From positions 496,296 to 560,295 of the forward strand of contig NIVC01000725.1 of assembly GCA_002269645.1 (NCBI GenBank): 64,000 nt of DNA, in the 5' to 3' direction. This DNA comes from Macrostomum lignano. Taxonomy: Eukaryota. Under the pieces are notes generated by a model. The model searched no databases. It was not told the origin of the DNA and worked only from the letters and a program-made list of their open reading frames with translations. Below are positions 1-11,127 of this stretch, piece after piece. The translations under genes and the position numbers were made by a program. The number at the start of each line of letters is the position of its first letter. Positions within the stretch are counted from its first letter, which is position 1.

Positions 1-1245
1 GTTTTCACTGATATATATTTGTAATACTATCTATGAAAGCAGCAATATAGTATGTAATATGTTTTCAGTGTCGTAATAGGAAATATATGCATATTGTAAA
101 ACCTCCGATGTTGTGATTCATTGCTTCGTGTCTGGCTTCCGCTTGTTCTAATCTTTTTTTAATACATATTTTGAATATACTACTGATGTTGTAAGTGCGT
201 ATTTCAATATTTTTTATCAATGAGCTTTTATTACGTTTTTAGTGGTCACTTCCTTTTTTATTATAATCGTCCAAAATCATATTTGTTATCTGTAGAGGCT
301 TCAATAAAAGTACATGTTGTACTATAAAGTTATTTATTATTATTATTGGGCTTTGGAATCGAGATATTTAAATTCATCAGGCCCTCAGATTTTCTTCAGC
401 TGTGTACTTTTGTATTCAATGTATTTTTAAAGTTCTTATGTGCTTTAGTTCTGTTTTAAACAACTTTTATGACTCCAATTAAGTATTCTCTGACCTTGCC
501 CTGCCTTAACCTTCCGTTTATTATTTATTTTGATATTCACTTTAAGTTGCAGCTTATAGAGTCTTTTTAGAAGTTTTTATTAATGCTTAATTCCATTTTC
601 TGCTTGCCTCCGTCTTTATAATTGATTTTAATGCATAAACTACTGACAAAAAGTAGGTGGTACCGCTTTTCAGCTATTAATATTTCAAATTATTTATTTA
701 TGTCACAACTTTTCTTATCGTGTTCAAAGTAAGAAATTATTGCTTATTTGTGTTCCAGCGTGTTTATGTTCTTCTATTTTTTATAATTCTACTTTAATAT
801 ATCACTAATCACAATTTGGTTATTTACTTCATAAAAATGTGTTGTTTAGATTTATTTTGATTTTTTCTACGTCTAAAAATAGCTATTTCTAGGCCTGTAT
901 AGTTAGTACATGAATGTACTTTTAATGAGCAATTAACAGTTTGCATGTTGTCTATATATAAACTGTGAATATTAAATTTTCTAGGTTTCTGTTTGAGATT
1001 TTTACTTTAAATATTAGTACGTTTGTACTTTTATCGTTTCATATATGCTATGCGTGTTAATAAAAGACTCTCGGTCTTTAGTGCAAGTGTACTTTTTATT
1101 GATGTAATAAAGTACGCGATGTACTTTAAAATACTTTGATTGATTTTGTCTGCTTATTTCAATTTTGATTGCACATATTTAATTGATCCAGAATCCATTC
1201 CTGTCTTCAGTTGCCATCGCCGGGGGTTGAGACAGGCCATAAATC

Positions 1246-2665
1246 ATGTCCAATTATAACAGCAGAAGAAGCAACAGCGCCTCGGCAACCCGCCGCATCC
1301 TCATCGCCATTGACGGCAGCGAACACAGCGGGCGAGCCGTCGACTGGTACGCGGCCAACATGAACCAACCCGACGATGAGCTGCTATTTGTCTACGTTGT
1401 TCAGCCGCCGGCTGTTTCCTTGGCAACCAGGCTGACGCGCGCCGATGTCACGGCAGCTTATGCCAAGGTTGGTTCCTCTTGTGTCTTTTTTTAGAAAAAA
1501 ATTTGACTCTGGCTCTGTGCAAATAATATTTTGTTCTACTCCCGGTGTACACCTGTGTGAGCGTATGCCTGCTCAAGGCTCAGCGGAATGGGCAAGGCGG
1601 CAGGCCCTCCCTCTCCCTCTCTCCCTCCTCTCTCCTTCCTCATCCCTTTCTACCCCCTCTCCCTCTCTTCTTCTCCCCCCTCTCTACCCTCTCTCCCTCT
1701 TCTCTCTCCCTCTCTCCCTTCTCTCTCCTCCCTCATCCCTTTCTACCCCCTCTCCCTCTCTTCTTCTCCCCCCCTCTCTACCCTCTCTCCCTCTCTACCC
1801 TCTCTCCCTCTCTATCCTCTCTCCCTCTCTCCCTCCTCTCTCCTCCCTCATCCCTTTCTACCCCCTCTCCCTCTCTTCTTCTCCCCCCCTCTCTACCCTC
1901 TCTCCCTCTCTACCCTCTCTCCCTCTCTATCCTCTCTCCCTCTCTCCCTCCTCTCTCCTCCCTCATCCCTTTCTACCCCCTCTCCCTCTCTTCTTCTCCC
2001 CCCTCTCTACCCTCTCTCCCTCTCTACCCTCTCTCCCTCTCTACCCTCTCTCCCTCTCTACCCTCTCACCCTCTCTACCCTCTTCTCTCTCCCTCTCCCT
2101 TTCTACCCTCTCTCCTATTTCTCTTTTCTTGCTTCCGATTTTCTTATCCAATCATTTCCACACGCACTGTAAATAGCTAATATTAATTTTTTTAAAGTTT
2201 TTACCCAGCTAAATGACGCCACCAGTAGTCTAGCCAGTATAGTCCTATGCCTACTCGATACTCGAGTGTCGATTTTGTTTCTAAGAAATCACTCGCGCCC
2301 AACCCCAGGCCGTAGACAAGGCAGTGGATGTCGGCCATCGCTTAGCGGCATCTGTGCGCGAGCAGTGCAACTCGGCCGGCATCAGTCAGACTATTCGATT
2401 CCTCGAGCGCATGGGTTCGAAACCGGGACCTGCCCTAGTCGAGGTTGCCAACGAGGAGCGAGCCGGCTTCATTGTGCTGGGCAGTCGGGGCCAGAGTCGG
2501 GTTAGGCGGACCTTCCTTGGCAGCGTGTCCGAGTACGTGCTGCACCACGCCCACCGGCCAGTGTGCATCGTGCCGCCGCCACTGCCGCCTTCTCAACCTG
2601 AAATAGCGAATCCGTCAGCCAGCGATGCCCGTCCCGATTTTGATAGTGACGGCAATACGAGTTGA
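1246..2665 (+). CDS. Universal stress protein (UspA family), 2 exons, 192 aa
   Basis: Exons 1246-1467 and 2309-2665, with a phase-0 intron GTTGGT...CCCCAG. N-terminal RRILIAIDGSEHS..AVDW; C-terminal IVLGSRGQSRVRRTFLGSVSEYVLHHAHRPVCIVP carries the G-x2-G-x9-G-S ATP-binding motif of USPs. Confidence 0.93.
1606..2116. repeat. CT-rich low-complexity tandem repeat filling the USP intron
   Basis: Reiterated ctctctccct/ctctaccct blocks with larger duplicated segments. Explains the S/L/P-rich ORFs. Confidence 0.95.
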
Positions 2666-2689
2666 CTGCTGTACAATTCCCGTATTTTA

Positions 2690-3290
2690 GATTTTGGGAA
2701 GATATCCCTATGTTATGGACTTTGTGGTTAGGGAAGAAAGATATCCCATATTGGATTTCAGGAAGATATCCCATATATGATTATGGGGGAAGATATTCCA
2801 TATTGGATCTTGGGAAAATATCCCATATTAGATTTTGAGAAGATATCCCATATAGGATTATGGGGGGAAGATATCCCATATAGGATTATGGGGGGAAGAT
2901 ATCCCATATAGGATTATGGGGGGGAAGATATCCCATATAGGATTATGGGGGGAAGATATCCCATATAGGATTATGGGGGGGAAGATATCCCATATAGGAT
3001 TATGGGGGGAAGATATCCCATATAGGATTATGGGGGGGGGGAGATATCCCATATAGGATTATGGGGGGGGGAAGATATCCCATATAGGATTATGGGGGGG
3101 AGATATTCCATATTGGTTCTTGGGAAAATATCCCATATTAGATTTTGAGAAGATATCCCATTGGGATTTTGGAAAATATCCCTATATTATGGACTTTAGG
3201 AAAATATCCCATATTGAATTTTGGGAAGTTATCCCACATTGGAAATTTGTAAATTATCCCATATTAGATTTTGGGAAGATATCCAAATTC
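2690..3290. repeat. ~28-30 bp minisatellite (gaagatatcccatataggattatgggggg) with degenerate flanks
   Basis: Near-perfect core at 2865-3105; unit length varies with the G-run. Each unit contains an imperfect palindrome. Confidence 0.93.
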
Positions 3291-4389
3291 TATGTTTCTA
3301 TTGGAACTTCACAATATTGTTCATAAGGAAAACTTGCTTAAGTCTTTGAAGAAAATAGCTGTTGTATTGTGTGTTAAAATTAGTTTACGTTGACTTTATT
3401 GATTATTTTTTCCATTTTTTCTACCATTGTTCGTCAGCAGTGTATCTTCGTTGCATTATAAATAAGCTAAGTGTCTGTGACTCTATTGCGTCACAGTCAA
3501 TGTATATTGTAATACTTTTTGTAAGTACGTATAATTAAGCTGCATGCGCATAAATATATTATTTTAACTGCTTTTGTTGTTTTTGCTGTGATAATACCAT
3601 TTATTTTTTATTTAATTGACTTTGAGACTAAGCAGGCTATGGAATGGCATAGAATGTGCACATTTTGCAGTTGTTATTAGAGGCTTAGTACAGTTGGCTC
3701 TTGTTTTGGACAGATATCCTTAGTAGATATGGCCATAAGAAACTCATGCAAAGTAGAATCGGTCATAAATATGCAATTTAAAGTAGATCTGGTCATAGGT
3801 GTGCAATCGAAAGTAGTTTTGGTCATACAGTGATTCAAAGCGGATTCAGTCATTCTTCATTTGGTCATAGACAATTTTATGCAAAAGTGCTCATAGAGCA
3901 GTCAACCGAAATTTATGTTGTTCGTAAGTCATTACTAGCAATTGTGTCAAATTTTTAAATTTTGCCTTTTATTGAGTACATTCCAAGTAGCGCTTATAAG
4001 TTAGGCTCAAAACACATTCTATTACTATTTTTAGCATTTATTTTTTGAAACTTTCAAACCTTTGCTGTTTTTTGCTAACATTTTCATGCTAGCTTACTAG
4101 CAGTAGTAAAAATTGCGCGATAAAGTTATTGTTGTTTTGTAATCAGGATTTTGTTAGATTTTTGCCTTGCCTATTTTTTTCCTGTCGTCAGTGTTAGTTT
4201 TGTCAGCAATATATGCTACTGTTATGATCATGTAGATTTATGATTATGTTGTTGACTTTTTTAATTTCGCTATTTTTCTATCAAAATCTTAACAAAAATC
4301 ATCAATCATAGAACAATATAGGTCATGGAAAAGTCATTGGTGATTGAACAGCTATCCGTCATTGAAAAAAACTGATCAGATATAGCAAA

Positions 4390-5258
4390 ACCAGTCATCG
4401 GTCAAAGACAGAACAGTCATTGGTCATAGACAATACAGTCATCGATCATAGACAGAACAGTCGATCATTGGTCATAGACAAAGCAGTCATCTGTCATAGA
4501 CAAAGCAGTCATCGGTCATAGACAGAACAGTCATTGGTCATAGAAAGTCATCGGTCATAGACAATACAGTCATCAGTCATAGGAAATCTAGTCACCGATC
4601 ACAGACAAAGCAGTCATCGGTCATAGACAGAACAGTCATTGGTCATAGACAAAGCAGTCATCGGTCATAGACAAAGCAGTCATCGGTCATAGACAGAACA
4701 GTCATCGGTCATAGACAGAACAGACATCGGTCATAGACAGGACAGACATCGGTCATAGACAAAGCAGTAATTGGTCATAGACAAAGCAGTAATTGGTCAT
4801 ATACAAAGCAGTAATTGGTCATAGACAAAGCAGTAATTGGTCATAGACAAAGCAGTCATTGGTCATAGACAAAGCAGTCATTGGTCATAGTCAAAGCAGT
4901 CATTGGTCATAGACAAAGCAGTCATTGGTCATAGACAAAGCAGTCATCGGTCATAGACAGAACAGTCATCGGTCATAGACAGAACAGACATCGGTCATAG
5001 ACAGAACAGTCATCGGTCATAGACAGAACAGACATCGGTCATAGACAGACATCGGTCATAGACAAAGCAGTAATTGGTCATAGACAAAGCAGTAATTGGT
5101 CATAGACAAAGCAGTAATTGGTCATAGACAAAGCAGTCATTGGTCATAGACAAAGCAGTCATTGGTCATAAACAAAGCAGTCATTGGTCATAGACAAAGC
5201 AGTCATTGGTCATAGACAAAGCAGCCATCGGTCATAGACAAAAGCAGCCATCGGTCAT
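4390..5258. repeat. 22-bp minisatellite (gtcatcggtcatagacaaagca)
   Basis: Dozens of tandem copies with aaag/agaa variants. Older degenerate ggtcata units extend back to ~3730. The array ends ~20 nt before a CAG acceptor. Confidence 0.95.
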
Positions 5259-5279
5259 ACGGATCCGCTGCATCCACAG

Positions 5280-5786
5280 GCGAGCGCCCTGCCAACATCT
5301 GAATCCTCCGAATCCTCGGTCGCCCCGACCGACTCGGACGACTGCAGCTTGGCCGGCATCCCGCTCTGGCTGTCCGACGCTCAGCTGGCTGGGATCCCTG
5401 TCCGGGATCTGAACCGGCTCATGGAACAGCAGCGCCTCACGGAGGACCAAATCGCCCGAGTGAAGCGCTACCGCCGCATGCTGAAGAATCGCGAATACGC
5501 CCTGTCGTCCAATCGTAGAAAAGACGAACTGTGCGCCGATCTGGAACGGCAGCGAGACGAACTGCGTCAGCTGGCCGCGTCGCAGGCGGCGTCACTTCGT
5601 GTCAACCGTGGCCGAATTGAGGATTGGCAGGTGAAAATTGCCGGCCTTGAAGCCCTGCTAGACGGTCGGGCTGAGCTGCAGCAGCTGCCCGACGGCTTCT
5701 CCATGATGAGTCCGAAGGATGAGGCTGCGGATGCTGCTGGGGACTGCAGCACAGTGCCCAAGTCTACTGGCTACCAGTATCACTGA
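5280..5786 (+). CDS. Maf-family bZIP transcription factor, last coding exon (first exon not identified)
   Basis: Frame open from acceptor ccacag|GCG (5280) to TGA 5786. LSDAQLAGIPVRDLNRLM...LTEDQIARVKRYRRMLKNREYA matches the Maf extended homology region plus basic region, followed by a zipper. No in-frame ATG before the domain. Confidence 0.8.
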   Translation, partial: ASALPTSESSESSVAPTDSDDCSLAGIPLWLSDAQLAGIPVRDLNRLMEQQRLTEDQIARVKRYRRMLKNREYALSSNRRKDELCADLERQRDELRQLAASQAASLRVNRGRIEDWQVKIAGLEALLDGRAELQQLPDGFSMMSPKDEAADAAGDCSTVPKSTGYQYH

Positions 5787-5884
5787 GTTAATGGAGGGCT
5801 CTGTTTACTTTTAGCATTTCAGCATTGTAAATTGAATTGCCTGTTTTCCTAGTAATCATATATCAACCTAAACAAACTCTGTCT

Positions 5885-6300
5885 AATCCCATCTCCCCTT
5901 CAATCAGATCCTATCTCCTCTACAATCAGATCCCATCTCCCCTTCAATCAGATCCCATCTCCCCTTCAATCAGATCCCATCTCCCCTTCAATCAGATCCC
6001 ATCTCCCCTTCAATCAGATCCTATCTCCTCTACAATCAGATCCCATCTCCCCTTCAATCAGATCCCATCTCCCCTTCAATCAGATCCCATCTCCCCTTCA
6101 ATCAGATCCCATCTCCCCTTCAATCAGATCCCATCTCCCCTTCAATCAGATCCCATCTCCCCTACAATCTGATCCCATCTCCCCTACAATCAGATCCCAT
6201 CTCCCCTTCAATCAGATCCTATCTTCCCTTACAATCTGATCCTATCTCCCATTCAATCAGATCCCATCTCCCTTCAAGCAGGTTCCATCTCCCCTTCAAT
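5885..6300. repeat. 22-bp minisatellite (aatcagatcccatctccccttc)
   Basis: Tandem copies just downstream of the Maf stop codon. Confidence 0.95.
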
Positions 6301-6656
6301 TTGATCCCAAGTCTAATTGCATTGGTTGCCCTCACAATTACATTGCGTAGTACATGATGAAGTCTGCAAGTTATATGTATGATATGTATGTTCAGTTTTT
6401 AACAACGGTTATGTCTATGTTTAATATCTTCAATTCCATGTACATATAAAAGATCTGTTGTTGCTTTAATTTGTTTATACTGTGCTCAATAAATAAACGT
6501 CAATGACTTTTCTGATATCTTAAAGGTTTTTTAGTTATTTTCTAAAATGGCGTTTGAATTGGTTTCCTAGAAAAGTTGTTACCAATTGGCTTTAAACTTC
6601 ACCATTTAGATTGTGACTTATTTACATTTTTCCCGCAGCACAGCTGACAGATTAAC

Positions 6657-9527
6657 ATGGCCGCTCTATTAAAATCTGTTACGGTGAGTTACATGTCTCG
6701 AATAATCACATCATGTTCTAATATCTAATCCACCCTAATAGGCATCCCTAATCCTCCCTAATAGGTATCCCTAATCCACCCTAATAAGAATCCCTAATCC
6801 TCCCTAATAAGAATCCCTAATCCACCCTAATAAGAATCCCTAATCCACCCTAATAAGCATCCCTAATCCACCCTAATAAGAATCCCTAATCCTCCCTAAT
6901 AAGAATCCCTAATCCACCCTAATAGGTATCCCTAATCCACCCTAATAAGAATCCCTAATCCTCCCTAATAGGTATCCCTAATCCACCCTAATAAGAATCC
7001 CTAATCCACCCTAATAAGCATCCTTAATCCACCCTAATAAGCATCCCTAATCCTCCCTAATAAGCATCCCTAATCCTCCCTAATAAGCATCCCTAATCCA
7101 CCCTAATAAGAATCCCTAATCCACCCTAATAAGCATCCCTAATCCACCCTAATAAGAATCCCTAATCCTCCCTAATAAGAATCCCTAATCCACCCTAATA
7201 GGTATCCCTAATCCACCCTAATAAGAATCCCTAATCCTCCCTAATAAGAATCCCTAATCCACCCTAATAAGCATCCCTAATCCACCCTAATAAGAATCCC
7301 TAATCCTCCCTAATAAGAATCCCTAATCCACCCTAATAGGTATCCCTAATCCACCCTAATAAGAATCCCTAATCCTCCCTAATAGGTATCCCTAATCCAC
7401 CCTAATAAGAATCCCTAATCCACCCTAATAAGCATCCTTAATCCACCCTAATAAGCATCCCTAATCCTCCCTAATAAGCATCCCTAATCCACCCTAATAA
7501 GAATCCCTAATCCTCCCTAATAAGAATCCCTAATCCATCCTAATAAGAATCCCTAATCCTCCCTAATAAGCATCCCTAATCCACCCTAATAAGAATCCCT
7601 AATCCTCCCTAATAAGAATCCCTAATCCACCCTAATAAGCATCCCTAATCCACCCTAATAAGAATCCCTAATCCTCCCTAATAAGAATCCCTAATCCACC
7701 CTAATAGGTATCCCTAATCCACCCTAATAAGAAACCCTAATCCTCCCTAATAGGTATCCCTAATCCTCCCTAATAAGCATCCCTAATCCACTCTAATAAC
7801 CATCCCTAATCCACCCTAATAAGCATCCCTAATCCTCCCTAATAAGCATCCCTAATCCACTCTAATAACCATCCCTAATCCACCCTAATAAGCATCCCTA
7901 ATCCACTCTAATAAGCATCCCTAATCCACCCTAATAAGCATCCCTAATCCTCCCTAATAAGCATCCCTAATCCACCCTAATAAGCATCCCTAATCCTCCC
8001 TAATAAGCATCCCTAATCCACTCTAATAACCATCCCTAATCCACCCTAATAAGCATCCCTAATCCACTCTAATAACCATCCCTAATCCACCCTAATAAGC
8101 ATCCCTAATCCACCCTAATAAGCATCCCTAATCCTCCCCCGCAGGGCCTCCGCGTGATGGTGACGGGCGGTGCCTCTGGCCTGGGCGCGGCAACCGCAAC
8201 CCAGCTGCTCAACCGAGGTGCTCGCGTCCTCATCGTTGACGTGGCTGAGTCCAATCCGACGACAAAAGCCGGTTTCTGTCGGGCCGACATTACGGACGAG
8301 TCCGGCGTCGCCAGTGCGATGTCGGTCGCCGAGAAGCAGCTCGGCGGACTGGACGCCGTGGTGAACTGCGCTGGCGAAGGCCTGGCCGCTCGGATGTACA
8401 ACTGGAACAACGACACCGTCTTCAACCAGGATGACTTTCGTCGACTCCTGCGAGTCAACGCGCTGGGAACCTTCAACGTTTGCCGACTGGCTGCTCAGCT
8501 GATGGCAAAGAATCAGCCTGCTGTTTCTGCTGCTGGGAAAGACAAGAAGGCTGCGAAAAAATCTGCTGCTGCCACTGATGCTGATGCTGCTCAGCGAGGC
8601 GTGATTGTTAACACGTCATCTTTGTCTGCGTTTGATGGACAGGTGAATGTTTATGTTGAGATAGGCTTGGTGTCTGAGTAGGCAGGCTTTGTGTCTGAGT
8701 AAGTAGGCTCTGTGTCTGAGTAGGTAGGCTTTATGTCTGAGTAAGTAGTTTAGTTGTCTAAAAATGTAATAGCTGTGTTTTATGAGTTTTAGGGAGCGCC
8801 AATGTGGGCGGTTTAAAGTTGTAAACGGAGGAGACTTATTTCGTTTTTTTTTCACTCTCGCGGCAGGCAACCCAGACGATGTACTCGGCCAGCAAGGCGG
8901 CGGTAGCCGCAATGACCCTGCCTCTGTCCAGAGATCTGGCACCACTGGGTATTCGTGTCTGCTGCATTGCTCCGGGTGAGATCTCAACTTAATAGTCAAC
9001 TTCAGACCGTCTTGATAATCATCAACAAATCACCCTGATAATGATCATCATATCGCCCTGATAATCATCACCAAATCACTCTGATAATCATCGTCAACTC
9101 ACCCTGATAATCATCATCATATCGCTCTGATACGCTAATGATAATCATCAAAAAATCACCCTGATAGTCACTGGGCTGTCATTAAATTATTGCAATAATC
9201 ATCATCAAATCCTATTCTCCCCCAAACCTCAAACCCTAATAAGGCTACTTCGACTCCCCGATGTGTGTACGCGAATCCTACCCGCCCCGAGTGTTGAAGT
9301 TCCTCGCCGACCACAACCGCGCCATCTACCGGCTGGGTCGGCCAACAGAGTTCGCGGACGCGGTAGAGACGATCTTGCTCAACCCCATGCTCAACGGAGT
9401 CTGCCTCCGGTTGGACTCAGCGTCTAGGGGATTTTTCTATCACCGACGCCAGAAAGCCGTGCCGCTGGTTGCTAGGGACGCTCCGGCAACTGTTGAGGAC
9501 TTAAAAGCTGTTGATACTACTGCTTAA
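6657..9527 (+). CDS. HSD17B10: 3-hydroxyacyl-CoA dehydrogenase type 2 / HSD17B10-like SDR, 4 exons, 305 aa
   Basis: Exons 6657-6683, 8145-8642, 8867-8975 and 9244-9527 join in frame (918 nt). MAALLKSVT|[45 protein letters not shown], catalytic [36 protein letters not shown] all parallel HSD17B10. Confidence 0.9.
6730..8138. repeat. 23-bp minisatellite with two CCCTAA hexamers per unit (ccctaatccaccctaataagcat), in HSD17B10 intron 1
   Basis: About 1.4 kb continuous array, ending a few nt before the acceptor cgcag. Confidence 0.96.
8662..8745. repeat. Short ~23-bp tandem repeat (ggctttgtgtctgagtagg-like) in HSD17B10 intron 2
   Basis: About four imperfect copies directly after the donor. Confidence 0.8.
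9015..9210. repeat. Degenerate tandem repeat (ccctgataatcatcatcaaatca) in HSD17B10 intron 3
   Basis: Repeated ctgataatcatc motifs. Confidence 0.75.
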
Positions 9528-10116
9528 GTAGTTCAGTAGTCGCATAAATTTATTTTTTGATCGGGGATCGTGCATTTTTTAACTGACTATCGCTCTAAGT
9601 AGCTTTTATAAGTGTGGCTTGAATATTTTTCTGGCAAAATTTTTAATAATAAAATTCGCTCAAACACATTGTACGCATACTCGTAAAGTTAATAAAAGTT
9701 TGTTCAGAAATTAGCATTCACGTTTTATTGGTTTATTCTTTATTTCATTTGCATAGAGATTTAATTTCATTCGTGTGTATTAGCATCTGTGATGTGTGCG
9801 GTATGGTATTGTCTGAACCTAAGGCTCTGCTATAATAGTAAAAAATAATTTATAGCGATTACAACTTAGTTAGCAGAATAAATAGGACAGTGTTGTATAG
9901 AGAATTGAAGTTCGCTTTTTCTTACGCGCACATTAATGACAATAGAGATGGACTTGATTGTACGAGCGTACATTTAAAATCTACGAGCGTACCCTGCTGG
10001 TTTACACTGCCAGTGCACTGAGTGCACTTGTCTGCCTTCCTATGCGACGTTTGATGGAACTTCTCTTTCTTTAATGACTGCGTCTCAAAAAAACTATGGT
10101 AAAAAGTTATGGTGTT

Positions 10117-11127
10117 TCAACTCGACTCGTGAGGGACTCGTCCAGGTTGCGACTCGAGCTTGGCCACCCGACGGTTCAGCCTTTCAATCTCCGCTTCCTT
10201 CTCTCCTAATTTGGCATCTTTGGCCGCTGCCACGTCCGTCAGTTGAATATTATCCTGCCTCAGTCGCTCGTTGTCTTCCTCCTTCTCGTGCACCATGCTG
10301 TAGACCCTGAGCAGGTTAGTCATAGAGTCAATGAGCTGCTGAGTCAGGTGCACGGGTCCCTTGAGGAGGACCTTCTCCTCCAGGAATTTTAATTCGGTGT
10401 CGTAGGCCTGTAAGGTCTCTTGAACTTGATGGAGAATCTTAGCTTGCCGCTCTAGCTGGGAGACGCTCAGCTGCGTCTCTGAGACAGCTTTGGTGGTCCC
10501 GAATGTAATTGCGGCGCTGGCAGCTCCGGTGAGCAAAGCTCCTCCACCAAGGATGCTAATGCCGAGAATTGCAGCGATCCCAGCTACAGCTGCCATCGCT
10601 GCTGCCTTTCCGTAGCCCCATCGCCGCGTGCTTTCTGCTTCCTTGTACAGCTGGGTGGACTTTTGTTTAAACTCTTCGATGGCTTTTGCGGATAACTCTC
10701 GCAGCTTTCCGATTTCCTTTAAAAAGTTCGACAAGTGCCTCTGGTAGAGCTCCGACATTCCGATTGTTTCCTCCAGCTGCTTCTTCAACTCTGCGACCCT
10801 GTCTGTCGTTAAACCGCTATTCATTATCTCGCGAATACAGTCTTCAATCTTCTTGTGCTGCTCTTGTAATGGGAAGCCAATTTTGTTAATTTCGTCGATA
10901 CTTTTTTTGCAATCGTTCAGCATAGGCATTGCTTCTTGGAACATTGTCGCACCAGAGTCTTGCAGTCTTCCGCACTTTTCGTGCAAAGCTTCAAGCCTTT
11001 CTTTTGTTGCCTTCATCACACGTATGGCTTTAGCCATGTCGTGCGTGGCTTTTAAAACGCCGACTAGGGCTTGAAGGCTTTTAGCAATCTCCGAAGTCTG
11101 CTCCTGGCTGGACAAGTCGTCAGACAT
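10117..11127 (-). CDS. Intronless coiled-coil protein with central Gly/Ala-rich hydrophobic hairpin, 336 aa, unknown family
   Basis: 1-kb stop-free ORF with protein-like composition; first true ATG at 11127 (MSDDLSSQEQ). Long amphipathic helices flank AAAMAAVAGIAAILGISILGGGALLTGAASAAITFG. A ttttctcag acceptor lies 100 nt upstream. Confidence 0.8.
   Translation of the reverse strand: MSDDLSSQEQTSEIAKSLQALVGVLKATHDMAKAIRVMKATKERLEALHEKCGRLQDSGATMFQEAMPMLNDCKKSIDEINKIGFPLQEQHKKIEDCIREIMNSGLTTDRVAELKKQLEETIGMSELYQRHLSNFLKEIGKLRELSAKAIEEFKQKSTQLYKEAESTRRWGYGKAAAMAAVAGIAAILGISILGGGALLTGAASAAITFGTTKAVSETQLSVSQLERQAKILHQVQETLQAYDTELKFLEEKVLLKGPVHLTQQLIDSMTNLLRVYSMVHEKEEDNERLRQDNIQLTDVAAAKDAKLGEKEAEIERLNRRVAKLESQPGRVPHESS

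Noticed and set aside
1445-2180. Three long S/L/P-rich ORFs
   Set aside because: Translations of the CT repeat inside the USP intron. The same applies to the ORFs over 14667-15378, 15940-16335, 20256-21221, 27154-27543 and 33125-34057.
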